A stretch of DNA of 64,000 nucleotides from an uncultured Alphaproteobacteria bacterium (GTDB taxonomy: Bacteria; Pseudomonadota; Alphaproteobacteria; Rs-D84). Below the pieces are notes generated by a model. It was not told the DNA's origin. It saw nothing but the letters and a program-made list of their open reading frames with translations, and did no database searches. The stretch is from the NCBI GenBank assembly GCA_944392815.1, contig CALXXY010000002.1, forward strand, positions 152,257-216,256. The letters run 5' to 3'. Shown here piece by piece: positions 1-10,528 of the stretch (positions within the stretch are counted from its first letter, which is position 1; the number at the start of each line of letters is the position of its first letter). The translations under genes were made by a program, and so were the position numbers.

Positions 1-67
1 AAATCCAGACGCCGATGTATCAAAACTGGTACCAATGGCATTAAAACAAATCAGCGGGAATAAATAA
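1..67 (+). CDS. 3' end of an upstream gene (partial), possibly the RuvA C-terminal domain
   Basis: Frame 2 reads NPDADVSKLVPMALKQISGNK* and ends just before mnmE. It resembles the RuvA C-terminal 'D.E.LI..ALK' helix, but only 21 codons are visible. Confidence 0.35.
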   Translation, partial: NPDADVSKLVPMALKQISGNK

Positions 68-69
68 AT

Positions 70-1380
70 ATGAACAATAACGAAACAATTTTTGCGCTGT
101 CGTCGGGACATGGAAAATCCGGTGTCGCAGTCATACGTGTATCGGGCGACGATTTGTATAATCTGTTTTTGCAAATCACAAATCGCAAATCTGCGGACAG
201 TCGCCACGCATATTTTGCAAATTTTCGCGACACCGCCGGCGATTTAATTGACCAGGTTATCGCCGTGTACTTTGCCGCCCCCCACTCTTTCACCGGCACA
301 GATGTTATTGAAATACATTCCCATGGCGCGCCGGCCGTTGTTGAAAAAATATTTGAATACCTGCGTGATATGGGCGCCCGCATGGCGGTGCCGGGCGAAT
401 TTTCACGTCGCGCATTTTATAATAACAAAATGGATTTGGCGGACATAGACGGCCTGGCGGCACTGCTGGACGCACAAACAGACGCCCAACGAAAATCGGC
501 ACTGGCGTCTATGTTGGGCGGCGACAGTGAAATATATAACGCATGGCGGGGGCAGATGATTGAAATTTCCGCGTATGCGGCGGCAATCCTGGATTACGCA
601 GATGATGAATTACCCGCAAACATCGGGGAAACAATCCACATCAAAACAAAAAAATTATACGATGAAATTACCACCGCCATTTCGCGCTATGCGGCGGTTC
701 GCGCCATACGCAGCGGTTTTAACGTTGCATTGGTTGGGCGCACAAACGTTGGAAAATCATCGCTGTTTAATGCGATTCTGGGTGCAAATCGCGCCATAGT
801 ATCAGACACCCCCGGCACCACCCGCGACGTAGTTTCCGCCACTATCGACATGGGCGGATATATGGTGAACTTATCAGACACGGCCGGAATCCGCCGCGCC
901 ACCGACACGGTTGAAAAACAGGGAATCGAACGCACAAAAACCGAAATCGAAAACGCAGACATTATAATATATGTACAAAGCGCAACGAACAAAATCACAA
1001 TCCCGCCACGCCACGCACAAAACGAAATTTATGTTGTAAACAAATCGGACGTCGGCAAAAATCCACCCGCCCACGGCGCTGTGTATGTATCCGCCAAAAC
1101 GGGCGATGGGATAAAAAAATTAATCACCGCAATAAACAAAAAAATCGCACGCATCGCCATGACGGCCGAATCCGGCGTTGCAGTAAACGCCCGCACACGC
1201 GAATTGTTAACCACAGCGGCCACAGAATTAAAATCTGCCCTGGCCGCGCCAACGGGCAATTATGACATATTCGCCGAACACACCCGTCGCGCAGCGGACG
1301 CAATTGGAAAAATCCTGGGCACTATTACAGCGGCCGATGTTCTGGACGCCACATTTTCACAATTATGTTTAGGAAAATGA
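70..1380 (+). CDS. mnmE: tRNA modification GTPase MnmE/TrmE
   Basis: ETIFALSS...GVAVIRVSG N-terminus, SFTGTDVIEIHSHG, GEFSRRAFYNNKMDL, G1 GRTNVGKSS, PGTTRD, DTAG, NKSD, C-terminal CLGK. Confidence 0.97.
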   Translation: MNNNETIFALSSGHGKSGVAVIRVSGDDLYNLFLQITNRKSADSRHAYFANFRDTAGDLIDQVIAVYFAAPHSFTGTDVIEIHSHGAPAVVEKIFEYLRDMGARMAVPGEFSRRAFYNNKMDLADIDGLAALLDAQTDAQRKSALASMLGGDSEIYNAWRGQMIEISAYAAAILDYADDELPANIGETIHIKTKKLYDEITTAISRYAAVRAIRSGFNVALVGRTNVGKSSLFNAILGANRAIVSDTPGTTRDVVSATIDMGGYMVNLSDTAGIRRATDTVEKQGIERTKTEIENADIIIYVQSATNKITIPPRHAQNEIYVVNKSDVGKNPPAHGAVYVSAKTGDGIKKLITAINKKIARIAMTAESGVAVNARTRELLTTAATELKSALAAPTGNYDIFAEHTRRAADAIGKILGTITAADVLDATFSQLCLGK

Positions 1381-1443
1381 AATATTAATTTGATTTTACA
1401 TAAATTTTCACAAAGTTATAAAAACACTTTAACTTTATTTACA

Positions 1444-1492
1444 GGGGGTGAACTCATGCAGTATTTATACACTACATGAGTTCGTTGCCCCC
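1444..1492. other. Long imperfect hairpin between convergent mnmE and acyl-CoA synthetase genes
   Basis: GGGGG-TGAACTCATG...CATGAGTTCG-TTG-CCCCC pairing read directly from the sequence. Confidence 0.5.
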
Positions 1493-1519
1493 ACAGCAGG
1501 TGTGCCGTTATATTTGATT

Positions 1520-3100
1520 TTACTCGTGACGATTGGGATATTTGCCCTCTATCAAATTCTGACGCACCACGTGATGCTTTACCTTTTGCGTACTGGTGGT
1601 GGGTAAATCATCGGTTGTCATGGCGAAATGCGTCACCCATTTATATGAAGCGACTTTTTTATTCGCCTGGGCAACGGCCGCAGCCAATTTTTCCATGGTC
1701 ATATCGGGTTCGACACTAAACACGCCATATGTGACGGTTTTGTTTTTAACCTTGTGTTCGAACACGGCGACATTTTTAACACCGGGGATTTCGATAAACA
1801 TGCCCTCTAATTCATCAGGATACACGTTTTTACCGGAATCCAACACAATGACCTGTTTTTTACGTCCGGCGAAATGCAGTTCACCATTTTTATCCATGGT
1901 CACCATATCGCCAGTGTTAAAGAACCCACGATCATCAAACACTTCGGCATTTACGGCCGGATTATTCATATATCCGCCAAACACCTGGTGACCGCGCACC
2001 CACAAAACACCGACGCCATCTTCGTTTTTATCACGAATTTCGCATTCGTTATTAATGGTCGGTCCACCAAAGGCGAACGGGAAACGTTTTTTTGTTGGCT
2101 TTGAAATACAGATTGGCCCCACAGTTTCGGTCAAACCATATCCCTGAATAAACGTCAATCCCAACCGTTCATAGAACGTTTCAACCTCGGGCTTGGTGGC
2201 GGCACCACCGGCAATCAACAATCGTGCACGTCCGCCAAACACGTCCAGCACAGGTTTTTGAACCTTTTTCACCAACCCGCCCAGGCCGATTTTCTGCAGT
2301 ATTTTGCCATATTTTAATACCACAGACACCAACCACCATTTATGTTGGGCTTTGATATTTTCTATGATGCGATTACGCAGAACCTCCCACAATCTGGGGA
2401 CAGCCGGAATAACATGCGGGCGATACGCTTTGAAATCGGCCATGATTTCCTTTGGATTAATGCTGGGCTGCAACAGAACGCCGGCGCCATAATGCAGCGT
2501 TGCCAACAATTCCACCGCGAACCCGAAAATATGATACATTGGCAAAAATCCATACATCACAAATCCGGGCTTAATCCAGTGATGCATGTCTTCCAATGAA
2601 TTGGAACATTCCACCAAATTAAAATGCGTCAGTGGCACAACCTTTGGCGTACCAGTTGAACCCGACGTAAACGACAGCGTCGCAACATCAGTCGCGTCCA
2701 ACGCCACAGGTTTTAACCGCGCGTCCAGTTTTTCGTCCGGCTGCGTAATATCATAAAATTTAAACTTTTTCGTTTTATAGAAAAATGACGGTTCAGCGCA
2801 CACCAAATGACACTTGGTGATTTCCGTCATATTATCATATTCAAACGGTGTTAAATTGGTATCCAGCAACAACGCAGTCCCGCCCAAATACCAGATTGCA
2901 AACAAAGTAATCGGAAATTCTGGGATATTATGCGCCAGCACACCAACCACATCACCCTGCTTTACACCGGCGGCATGCAGCGAGGTTGCGCGTTTTTTCA
3001 CCAATTCCACAAATCCTGTGAACGTGACCCCTTCGCGGACCAGGAATAAATTATCCGGCCATTTTGCTGTGGTCTGTTCCAGCAATTGATACATATTCAT
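1520..3100 (-). CDS. Long-chain acyl-CoA synthetase (AMP-binding family)
   Basis: FTSGSTGTPK AMP-binding loop, QGYGLTET, FNTGD, GRKKQVIVLDSGKNVYP. Confidence 0.92.
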   Translation of the reverse strand: MNMYQLLEQTTAKWPDNLFLVREGVTFTGFVELVKKRATSLHAAGVKQGDVVGVLAHNIPEFPITLFAIWYLGGTALLLDTNLTPFEYDNMTEITKCHLVCAEPSFFYKTKKFKFYDITQPDEKLDARLKPVALDATDVATLSFTSGSTGTPKVVPLTHFNLVECSNSLEDMHHWIKPGFVMYGFLPMYHIFGFAVELLATLHYGAGVLLQPSINPKEIMADFKAYRPHVIPAVPRLWEVLRNRIIENIKAQHKWWLVSVVLKYGKILQKIGLGGLVKKVQKPVLDVFGGRARLLIAGGAATKPEVETFYERLGLTFIQGYGLTETVGPICISKPTKKRFPFAFGGPTINNECEIRDKNEDGVGVLWVRGHQVFGGYMNNPAVNAEVFDDRGFFNTGDMVTMDKNGELHFAGRKKQVIVLDSGKNVYPDELEGMFIEIPGVKNVAVFEHKVKNKTVTYGVFSVEPDMTMEKLAAAVAQANKKVASYKWVTHFAMTTDDLPTTSTQKVKHHVVRQNLIEGKYPNRHE

Positions 3101-3169
3101 AATAAAAATTCCTTGTTGTTTTTATATTGGACAACCACTATTATATCCACCAAGGAAAAGATTGCAATT

Positions 3170-3940
3170 ATGAAAATACTTACACTGAACATCAATTCTA
3201 TACGTGCCCACGCAGAAAGTTTTATTGATATTTTGCGTGCTGGTGAATACGACACTATCCTGGTCCAGGAATTAAAGGTTGATAACGCCAATTTCCCATA
3301 CAATATATTTGACGATTTTGGGTATAATATAAAAGTTTTCGGCCAAAAATCCTGGAATGGCGTGGCCGTATTTTCCAAATATTCTATCGAAGATGTCACA
3401 TGTGGCATGCCGAATTTCCCGGACACAAACGCCAGATTTATCGAATGCGTAATTGACGGTCATGTGCGGATAATCAACGTATACATGCCAAATGGCGACA
3501 CAGTCGATTCCCCGAAATTCCCATATAAATTGGATTGGATGCGCGCATTTACCGAATACATCAAACAATACACCGCGTCCCCAGAACAGGTTATAATCGG
3601 CGGGGATTTTAACGTGGCCCTGACCGACGCAGACGTATGGAAACCCGCAAATTATGTCGGAATTGCCATCGCCGCACCGGCCGCCCGCGAAATAATGCAA
3701 TCGTGGATTGATATGGGCTGGGTGGACGTATGGCGCACCCTGCACCCGGATACGATTGGATACACATGGTACGGATATCGTGGCGGTGATACAGTCGGCA
3801 AAAACATGGGATTACGCCTGGATTATTTTCTGGCAAATGCCGCGGCGATGAGTGCGGTAAAATTCTGCGAAATAGATACAGCCCCGCGCATGGCCCCAAA
3901 ACCCACAGACCATTGCGGATTAATGATAAAACTGGATTAA
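3170..3940 (+). CDS. xth: Exodeoxyribonuclease III
   Basis: MKILTLNINSIR (start moved to ATG 3170), VQELK, GQKSWNGVA, VYMPNG, GDFNVA, GLRLDY, TDHC. Confidence 0.95.
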   Translation: MKILTLNINSIRAHAESFIDILRAGEYDTILVQELKVDNANFPYNIFDDFGYNIKVFGQKSWNGVAVFSKYSIEDVTCGMPNFPDTNARFIECVIDGHVRIINVYMPNGDTVDSPKFPYKLDWMRAFTEYIKQYTASPEQVIIGGDFNVALTDADVWKPANYVGIAIAAPAAREIMQSWIDMGWVDVWRTLHPDTIGYTWYGYRGGDTVGKNMGLRLDYFLANAAAMSAVKFCEIDTAPRMAPKPTDHCGLMIKLD

Positions 3941-6466
3941 TTAATCGTCCACCCGCGCCAGGTCATCATACACTTTGTATTTAATATCACCCGTTGGCCT
4001 GTATTCATACGGCGCGCCCCCAACCAGGAATATATCAATCATTTCCTTGGCCCGGCCAACCGCAGCATTCATCATTTCCTGGGTGGTGGCGGCATCAAAA
4101 TCAATTACCCGCGCGTCATTGTGTTTCAATTGCAAAAATTTCATAACAGGCGCATTGGATTTTTCCGTCACATTTAACGAAAAACCCCCGTTTTGCAGCA
4201 TATACGCCTCGATAGGCAACTGTGGCATATTACCTTTGTCCAATTGTGATTTTGTGGGTGCGGCCCCAGTTTTAATGTCCATCACACCGCCGTCCCACAC
4301 GCGGTCAGCGCGCGCACGAATAACATGCCCATCAATCACCATTTTACCGGGCACTTCGGCCACACTGTGCGGAATTTGCGCCATAAAATTGGAAATCACA
4401 GGCGCAATTTCGACAAACCGCCTGTGCCAAAAATGAAACAGAACACTGTCTGTGCCCAATTTTTCCAACGCACGCGCGTCCATTTGTCGCACCAGATTAT
4501 CAACTGAAAAATCACGTGACGTTTCAATTACACTGTGCACCAGATTTCCAAAATCCCGCACGTCTGGCCCCACCCAATAATCGTCCAACACGCGCAAACG
4601 CAACATATGCCGCACATAGAACGCGTATGGATTGTGAATTAACAATTCCAATTCGGTCACATACACGTCACCCCAATCTTGGTCAACAGACGGTGGCGAA
4701 TAATCCAATGGCCGCGCGTCAACCGCGTCGCGCCCACGCACAGCACCCAAAATATCGGCCGCCGCATTCGACACATCAAACGCACCACGTCGCACAATTA
4801 CACGTGATAGAAATCGCGATGCGGTCGTTTTAACCCCACCGGCCGTGGCACTGCGGGTCCAATACACTTCTGGTCCACATGATAAATTCATAAAATCCAA
4901 TGATTGCAAAGATACTTTTCTGTCGGGCGACGGCAATCCAATTTGTTCGGCAACCGCACGCGGCAACCACGCGTTTTCATAACCCCGCGCCGGGAACATG
5001 CCGTCATTTAACCCGGTCAGTATCACAACATCAGCCGTCTGCATACGCGATTCGATCGTCCCCAACACAATGATTTTAGCCGCGTCATTCATGGGGTTGC
5101 GCACCTGGACACCGGAAATCGCGTCCGCCAACAACGCCCGTGCACCGGGCAAATCAATTTGCACCCCCGCGCGCGCCACACACTCAGACAATTCAGAAAT
5201 CGCCCCCCATACCTGAACAGACGCCGCGTCCGCCACCTCAAATGCAGGCGTAAAATTAATTTCACCACCATCAACCAAATTAATTATCAAATTCATCAAA
5301 TTACAATCGGCCGCCATATACAGCGCATCAAACACAGAATTTTTACCCTGTTGCAGCCAATCATCAAACAAATTTAAAATTGCACGCCCCGCGGGCACCA
5401 TGGTTCCAGGCACCCCACCCGAAAAATCCGCGTCCAACCCGCGCCCCGCCAGCGCAGACGCAATACGCTGATTCCCCGCCGCGTCCGGCGTTATCACCAA
5501 CACAGATTTATCATCGCGCACAGCGCGCGCAGCAATTTCAGCAACTGCGGCGGCTTCCTCGCTTTCGCGGTCGCACACAATTAAATGGCAATTGCGCACA
5601 GAATCCGTTCCATGGGCGGGCGCAGGCGAATTTCCAAACGCATGATTTAAAAATTCAATTGGCGACGCGCCCACATCAATTGGGATTAAATCAGCCGGCC
5701 GCACCCCAATCCGCGATAAAAATTTATATTCGGCATTATACGGATTTGTATACAATTCAAAATCAGACACGTCCCCCGCAATATGCCCAGACATTATAAT
5801 CCGCCCATGTGCCGCGCCCGCCACCGCCGCCATTAAATCAGCCGTCGCCGGCACCGACGCAGTCGACGCACAAACAATAACCAATTTATATTGATTTAAA
5901 TGCCCAATCCATGCGCGAATATCGGCATTACGCTTTTGCGTCACAGTTGGCCGATTATCAGATATTTCATTTTGTACACCGGCCAAAATTCCTAAAATTT
6001 CCGCTTTGTGCTGAAAATGCGCGGCATATTTTTCATCGACCAAACCCGCCCAGTCAATTGTTGTGGCGTCAATTCCTTCGTTTTCCAGATAATTTTGCAT
6101 ACGCAATAAATCATGCGCCACCGGCAACGCAGTCGCCAAATTTCCAATACTGCTGTCCGCGGTCAACAGTTTGGCAACCGTCACCACACGCAAAGTATCC
6201 GACACAGCGTCCGTATTTTCCGCGTCATTATCTGCATCATCATCGGGGTCATCGGTACCCTCGCCCAGTGCGACCAAACGTGGCAAAATAATGCTGTGGC
6301 CCGCCCGCGCAACCAAATATTTTTCCACCCCACGCACAGCACGTCTGCTGGGCAAAAAAATCAGCATATCTGCCATATCCACCCCGGACATATCCATCAC
6401 GCGCACCAACGCGTCCATCATTCGTCCAGGATTAGTTGCATAAAAAATATTTTTATTTGATTCCAA
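3941..6466 (-). CDS. addB: Double-strand break repair protein AddB (PD-(D/E)xK nuclease)
   Basis: IFLPSRRA, ILPRL, EA.AVA, LGTIESRMQTAD, VTELELLIHNPYAFY, RARADR...DIKTG, PQLPIEA, YDDLARV. This is the alphaproteobacterial AddB pattern. Confidence 0.88.
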   Translation of the reverse strand: MESNKNIFYATNPGRMMDALVRVMDMSGVDMADMLIFLPSRRAVRGVEKYLVARAGHSIILPRLVALGEGTDDPDDDADNDAENTDAVSDTLRVVTVAKLLTADSSIGNLATALPVAHDLLRMQNYLENEGIDATTIDWAGLVDEKYAAHFQHKAEILGILAGVQNEISDNRPTVTQKRNADIRAWIGHLNQYKLVIVCASTASVPATADLMAAVAGAAHGRIIMSGHIAGDVSDFELYTNPYNAEYKFLSRIGVRPADLIPIDVGASPIEFLNHAFGNSPAPAHGTDSVRNCHLIVCDRESEEAAAVAEIAARAVRDDKSVLVITPDAAGNQRIASALAGRGLDADFSGGVPGTMVPAGRAILNLFDDWLQQGKNSVFDALYMAADCNLMNLIINLVDGGEINFTPAFEVADAASVQVWGAISELSECVARAGVQIDLPGARALLADAISGVQVRNPMNDAAKIIVLGTIESRMQTADVVILTGLNDGMFPARGYENAWLPRAVAEQIGLPSPDRKVSLQSLDFMNLSCGPEVYWTRSATAGGVKTTASRFLSRVIVRRGAFDVSNAAADILGAVRGRDAVDARPLDYSPPSVDQDWGDVYVTELELLIHNPYAFYVRHMLRLRVLDDYWVGPDVRDFGNLVHSVIETSRDFSVDNLVRQMDARALEKLGTDSVLFHFWHRRFVEIAPVISNFMAQIPHSVAEVPGKMVIDGHVIRARADRVWDGGVMDIKTGAAPTKSQLDKGNMPQLPIEAYMLQNGGFSLNVTEKSNAPVMKFLQLKHNDARVIDFDAATTQEMMNAAVGRAKEMIDIFLVGGAPYEYRPTGDIKYKVYDDLARVDD

Positions 6467-7013
6467 TTATTGCCCTGATTGGTTCAATTCCAGTTTTCTT
6501 TTCCGCCGACGTTTCCAAAATATCGGCCGCCATTGCCGGGTGATTTTCATGTGAAATTTGTTGCTGATTTTGTTCACGTACCCGCTTGTCACGTTTGGTG
6601 TATACAACCTGATACGCAATACCATGCGCATCGCAAAAATCCATTAAATCCAAATCAGCCGGCCGCACCCCAATCCGCGAATCCACCAACACAAACAATC
6701 GTCGCAATTGACTGCGCGTCATCAAATATTCTTCCAGTCGGCGCACCCATTGCATGGCCACATCGCGTGAAACCCGCGCATACCCGTATCCAGGCAAATC
6801 GACAATCATTACCCTGTCGTCAATATTAAACAGGTTCAACGTCTGGGTCCGCCCGGGTGTATTTGACGTCCGCGCCACATTTTGCCCCAACACAGCATTT
6901 ATCAATGACGATTTGCCAACATTACTGCGCCCAACAAACGCATATTCAGGAAATTGCGTATTCGGCAAATCAGCCACCCGTTCAAATCCGCCAACGAATT
7001 TAATCATCTGCAT
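6453..7013 (-). CDS. engB: Ribosome biogenesis GTPase EngB/YihA/YsxC
   Basis: EYAFVGRSNVGKSSLINA, ARTSNTPGRTQ, VDLPGYGYA, TKRDK. Confidence 0.96.
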   Translation of the reverse strand: MQMIKFVGGFERVADLPNTQFPEYAFVGRSNVGKSSLINAVLGQNVARTSNTPGRTQTLNLFNIDDRVMIVDLPGYGYARVSRDVAMQWVRRLEEYLMTRSQLRRLFVLVDSRIGVRPADLDLMDFCDAHGIAYQVVYTKRDKRVREQNQQQISHENHPAMAADILETSAEKKTGIEPIRAIIGIK

Positions 7014-7800
7014 TCCCCTGGTTTAATAATCGTTTGTACGCTTCTTTTTTTGAAATTCCTGTTCGCTGGGCCAATTGTGCCGCCGCAGATTTAGTATTTT
7101 CCCCCGCGATATCATTGATAATTTCAGATATTTCCGCGTCCGACATTTTATGTTCAGGCGCCGGTGCAACAACAATAACAATTTCACCCCGTGGCGGTTC
7201 TATGTGCAATAAATCCGCGGGATATCCGATAATTGCCTGTTCATGAATTTTGGTAATTTCGCGAACAAGTGCAATCTGACGTTCAGGCATAACCCGCGCC
7301 AGCGCAGCAATCGTTGTCATAATGCGATTTGGACTTTCGTAATAAATAATAGTATGACGAATTTTGTTATCATCACGCAGTTTTTTTTCATCAAAAAATC
7401 CACAAAACGTAAATCTGTCGGTTGCAAACCCAGACAACACCAGCGCAGAAATCGCCGCCACCGGCCCCGGCACAACGTACACAGGAATATTTGCCGCCCG
7501 TGCCGCACGCACCAATCGAAACCCCGGGTCACTTATCCCCGGCATACCCGCATCAGACACAGCCGCAATTGTCACACCATTTTGCAATTTTTCAATTAAT
7601 TGTGGCACCACATCACGTTCATTGTGTTCATGACATGAAACGCGCGGTGTTTTGATATCAAAATGCGTGGCCAATTTGGCAAACACCCGCGTATCTTCGG
7701 CCGCAATTAAATCAACCCCACGCAACACATCGACCGCCCGCGGCGACATATCAGCCAAATTTCCAATCGGCGTTCCAACAATATAAAGCCCAGATTGCAT
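7000..7800 (-). CDS. rsmI: 16S rRNA (C1402-2'-O)-methyltransferase
   Basis: LYIVGTPIGNLADMSPRA, AEDTR, SDAGMPGISDPG, YESPNR, REITKIHE. Confidence 0.96.
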   Translation of the reverse strand: MQSGLYIVGTPIGNLADMSPRAVDVLRGVDLIAAEDTRVFAKLATHFDIKTPRVSCHEHNERDVVPQLIEKLQNGVTIAAVSDAGMPGISDPGFRLVRAARAANIPVYVVPGPVAAISALVLSGFATDRFTFCGFFDEKKLRDDNKIRHTIIYYESPNRIMTTIAALARVMPERQIALVREITKIHEQAIIGYPADLLHIEPPRGEIVIVVAPAPEHKMSDAEISEIINDIAGENTKSAAAQLAQRTGISKKEAYKRLLNQGNADD

Positions 7801-7854
7801 TACAAATCCTTTTATAGTAAAATAATACAGAAATAAATGGATTTTTCAATGCAT

Positions 7855-9465
7855 ATGAACAGATTTTTTGGATTTTTGGCAGTTTTATTAATGGCGGGCT
7901 GCGCCGGTGACACCACCCCAAAAACAGATTGGTACGGTGAATACGGCGCACTGGAAACTGGCACCCCGGTGGCATTGCAGTATGGCTCGCCCGATTTGCA
8001 ACCCGGCACCGCCACAGATAACCTGTTGGGCGCCCCAGTGCACCGCATGGCTGTAATGTTGCCAATGTCTGGTGACGCGGCGGATACAGGCCGCGCAATC
8101 CAAACAGCGATAGAGGCCGCCACCCTGCAATCCGCACCACAAAATCTGTCGGTTGCATTTTATGACACTGCATCTGATATAAATACCGCAATCACAGACG
8201 CATTGGCCACAGAACCAGAAATCATTATTGGTCCAGTATTTGCAAATGACGTGCGCGCACTGCGCAATGCAAAACCCGCCAACACACCGGTATTATCATT
8301 CACATCTGATGCGTCCGCACTGGGGGACGGCGTTATGACAATGGCATTATTACCCACCAACGGGACCGAGGCCATAGTCCGCGAAATGTCAGCCGACCGT
8401 GTCACTGGATTTATAATTTTGGCCCCAGATACAGAATCGGGCCACCTGATGGCGGGCGCGGCACAAAGTGCGGCTGAAATTTACAATATCCCGGTATCTG
8501 GAATCTTTTATTACACCGAACATGATTCAGAATCCATAAAATCCGCCACATTGGCCGCGTCAATGAACGCTGCGCGCAGTGCGGCCAACACACGTGCACG
8601 CGAAATATTGTCCGACATATTAACAAACGAACGTTTAACAGTGATTGAAAAATCATCGCTGACCATACAATTGGATCGCATGTCAAAAATGGACGTAATC
8701 GGCGAATTACCATATGACGCCGTTTTATTCCTGGGCAACGGTGACGACACAGAAAGTTTGGCATCATTCATGCGTTATTACGGTGTTGGGACACGCGACG
8801 CCCGTTTTTATGGCACAGCCCTGTGGGACGGATCTGATATAACAAACGATTTAACAATGATTGGCGCAAAATATTCTGCATTACCAGATATGGCACCATC
8901 ATTTACAAATCTGTACGAACGCATATCAGGTGAATTTCCAAACCGCCTGGCCGGATTCGGATACGACGCCGCCAACATGGCGATGGGCATGATATATTCC
9001 CACAAATCAGACGCAGCATACCTGTTGGACCCCAGCGGCTATGCTGGTACAGCCGGCCTGTACAGATTGGAACCAAACGGCGAAAACGAACGCGCATTGC
9101 AAATTATGCAGTTAACTGGAAACGGCACACCGATTGTTGTACGCAACGCGCCAATAAATTTCATGACGCCAATTTACCATCTGCAACAGGATAAAATCAA
9201 ACCGGCTGCGGCGATGGATTTGGAAACACCGGGCGTAAATCCAAATGATTACATCAGTATTCCCACGCGTCTGGCCGACAAATATGAATCAGAAACATAC
9301 GGCGCACATATAACCAAACGCGCCACGCCGACGCACCCATTTGAAACAATAACCATTTTACCCGAAGACGACCGGGACATCGTCATCACCACCCCAGATT
9401 TTCAACCCGTAAATCTGGAAACGGTTAACCGTACATATATCGACAGTGTGGAAATAGAAGAATAA
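7855..9465 (+). CDS. Penicillin-binding protein activator LpoA/LppC-like lipoprotein
   Basis: Lipobox LMAG-C, AVMLPMSG, IIGPVFA, YGTALWD, GYDAA, YAGTAGLYRL. Divergent from rsmI, which is the conserved context for this family. Confidence 0.8.
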   Translation: MNRFFGFLAVLLMAGCAGDTTPKTDWYGEYGALETGTPVALQYGSPDLQPGTATDNLLGAPVHRMAVMLPMSGDAADTGRAIQTAIEAATLQSAPQNLSVAFYDTASDINTAITDALATEPEIIIGPVFANDVRALRNAKPANTPVLSFTSDASALGDGVMTMALLPTNGTEAIVREMSADRVTGFIILAPDTESGHLMAGAAQSAAEIYNIPVSGIFYYTEHDSESIKSATLAASMNAARSAANTRAREILSDILTNERLTVIEKSSLTIQLDRMSKMDVIGELPYDAVLFLGNGDDTESLASFMRYYGVGTRDARFYGTALWDGSDITNDLTMIGAKYSALPDMAPSFTNLYERISGEFPNRLAGFGYDAANMAMGMIYSHKSDAAYLLDPSGYAGTAGLYRLEPNGENERALQIMQLTGNGTPIVVRNAPINFMTPIYHLQQDKIKPAAAMDLETPGVNPNDYISIPTRLADKYESETYGAHITKRATPTHPFETITILPEDDRDIVITTPDFQPVNLETVNRTYIDSVEIEE

Positions 9466-9470
9466 AAACA

Positions 9471-9488
9471 CCCCGCCAAATGGCGGGG
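9471..9488. terminator. Bidirectional intrinsic terminator
   Basis: CCCCGCCA-AA-TGGCGGGG with A/T-rich flanks between convergent genes. Confidence 0.75.
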
Positions 9489-9496
9489 ATTAATTT

Positions 9497-9832
9497 TTAT
9501 CGCTGTTTATAATGATCACAATACGTCGCGATTCTGCGGGCCAATTTAATCGTCGCGATACAATGCTGGGGCGAACCAAAATCCCGTTCGAAATCCAACC
9601 CTTTATATTCAGGCACATTATAAAAACGTTCACTACATTCACTTGACTGATGGGATATCACCCTTTCACCATTTGGATCAATATACTCTTCTATACAGCA
9701 CCCATCAATAGTCGGCCACATTTGCACCAATGGCAACCCAGGCATTTTGTCTCTTAACGCATATCCCAATTCACAACGATATTCACAACCATCACACGTT
9801 TTAATCTTGTGTCCGTTTCTTTGTGTAAACAT
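9497..9832 (-). CDS. Hypothetical Cys-rich small protein
   Basis: 111 aa with CxxCxxxCxLG at the N-terminus and ARRIATYCDHY at the C-terminus; SD-like AGGGGG upstream. Confidence 0.6.
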   Translation of the reverse strand: MFTQRNGHKIKTCDGCEYRCELGYALRDKMPGLPLVQMWPTIDGCCIEEYIDPNGERVISHQSSECSERFYNVPEYKGLDFERDFGSPQHCIATIKLARRIATYCDHYKQR

Positions 9833-9939
9833 AATAACCCCCTTTAATCACCCCCAGCATACCGCAAAACCCCATACAATCAACAAAAAACAAATTTACC
9901 CGCGATTAACCTGTGGTTCTCATCTCACCCGTCCAACAC

Positions 9940-9970
9940 AAAATAAAAATGCCCCATTCGGGACATTTTT
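9940..9970. repeat. 31-bp direct repeat copy 1 (terminator-like hairpin)
   Basis: AAAATAAAAATGCCCCATTCGGGACATTTTT, identical to 10876-10906. Confidence 0.9.
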
Positions 9971-10347
9971 TAACACATTGCGGCATCGGCAAACCCAAAT
10001 TGTGTCAGCGAATTTTCACGCGCCTGGATACAAATAAATTGCATTTCGCTGGAACCTGTATTTTCAATCGTACGCGCTGCACCGGTTGCAACACGAACCG
10101 CACTGCCCGCGACAACCGGGATTTGTTCACCGTCAACGGTTATAATACCCGCGCCAGACAAGATTATATAAACTTCTTCGTTTTGATGATGCAAATGATT
10201 AAACGGAACCTTGAACCCGATCGGTACCACGTTTATCGACACTTCACAACTGGTCAGATTCAGCGCATCGTGCAAAAACGCCTTGCCGTTTTCACGCTTT
10301 GCAATTTCAGACATAGAACCAAAATCAGATTTAGTGTATTTAGACAT
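9970..10347 (-). CDS. Cupin domain protein
   Basis: PFNHLHHQNEEVYIILSGAG cupin motif 1; GSAVRV...R.IEN motif 2. Confidence 0.88.
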   Translation of the reverse strand: MSKYTKSDFGSMSEIAKRENGKAFLHDALNLTSCEVSINVVPIGFKVPFNHLHHQNEEVYIILSGAGIITVDGEQIPVVAGSAVRVATGAARTIENTGSSEMQFICIQARENSLTQFGFADAAMC

Positions 10348-10528
10348 TTATTTCCCCTTTTGTTAAAAACTGTGCTTAAAATATATGGCTAAAAAACAAT
10401 TCTGTAAAGTACGCACAAAAATGTAAGCATACATACACATTGGTAACTTTTGCCGGATTTCCAGCACATAGGACGCCAAAAAAATTTTTTTAATTGTCAT
10501 TTTTGTATGTTACTGTATAATTTGCAGT

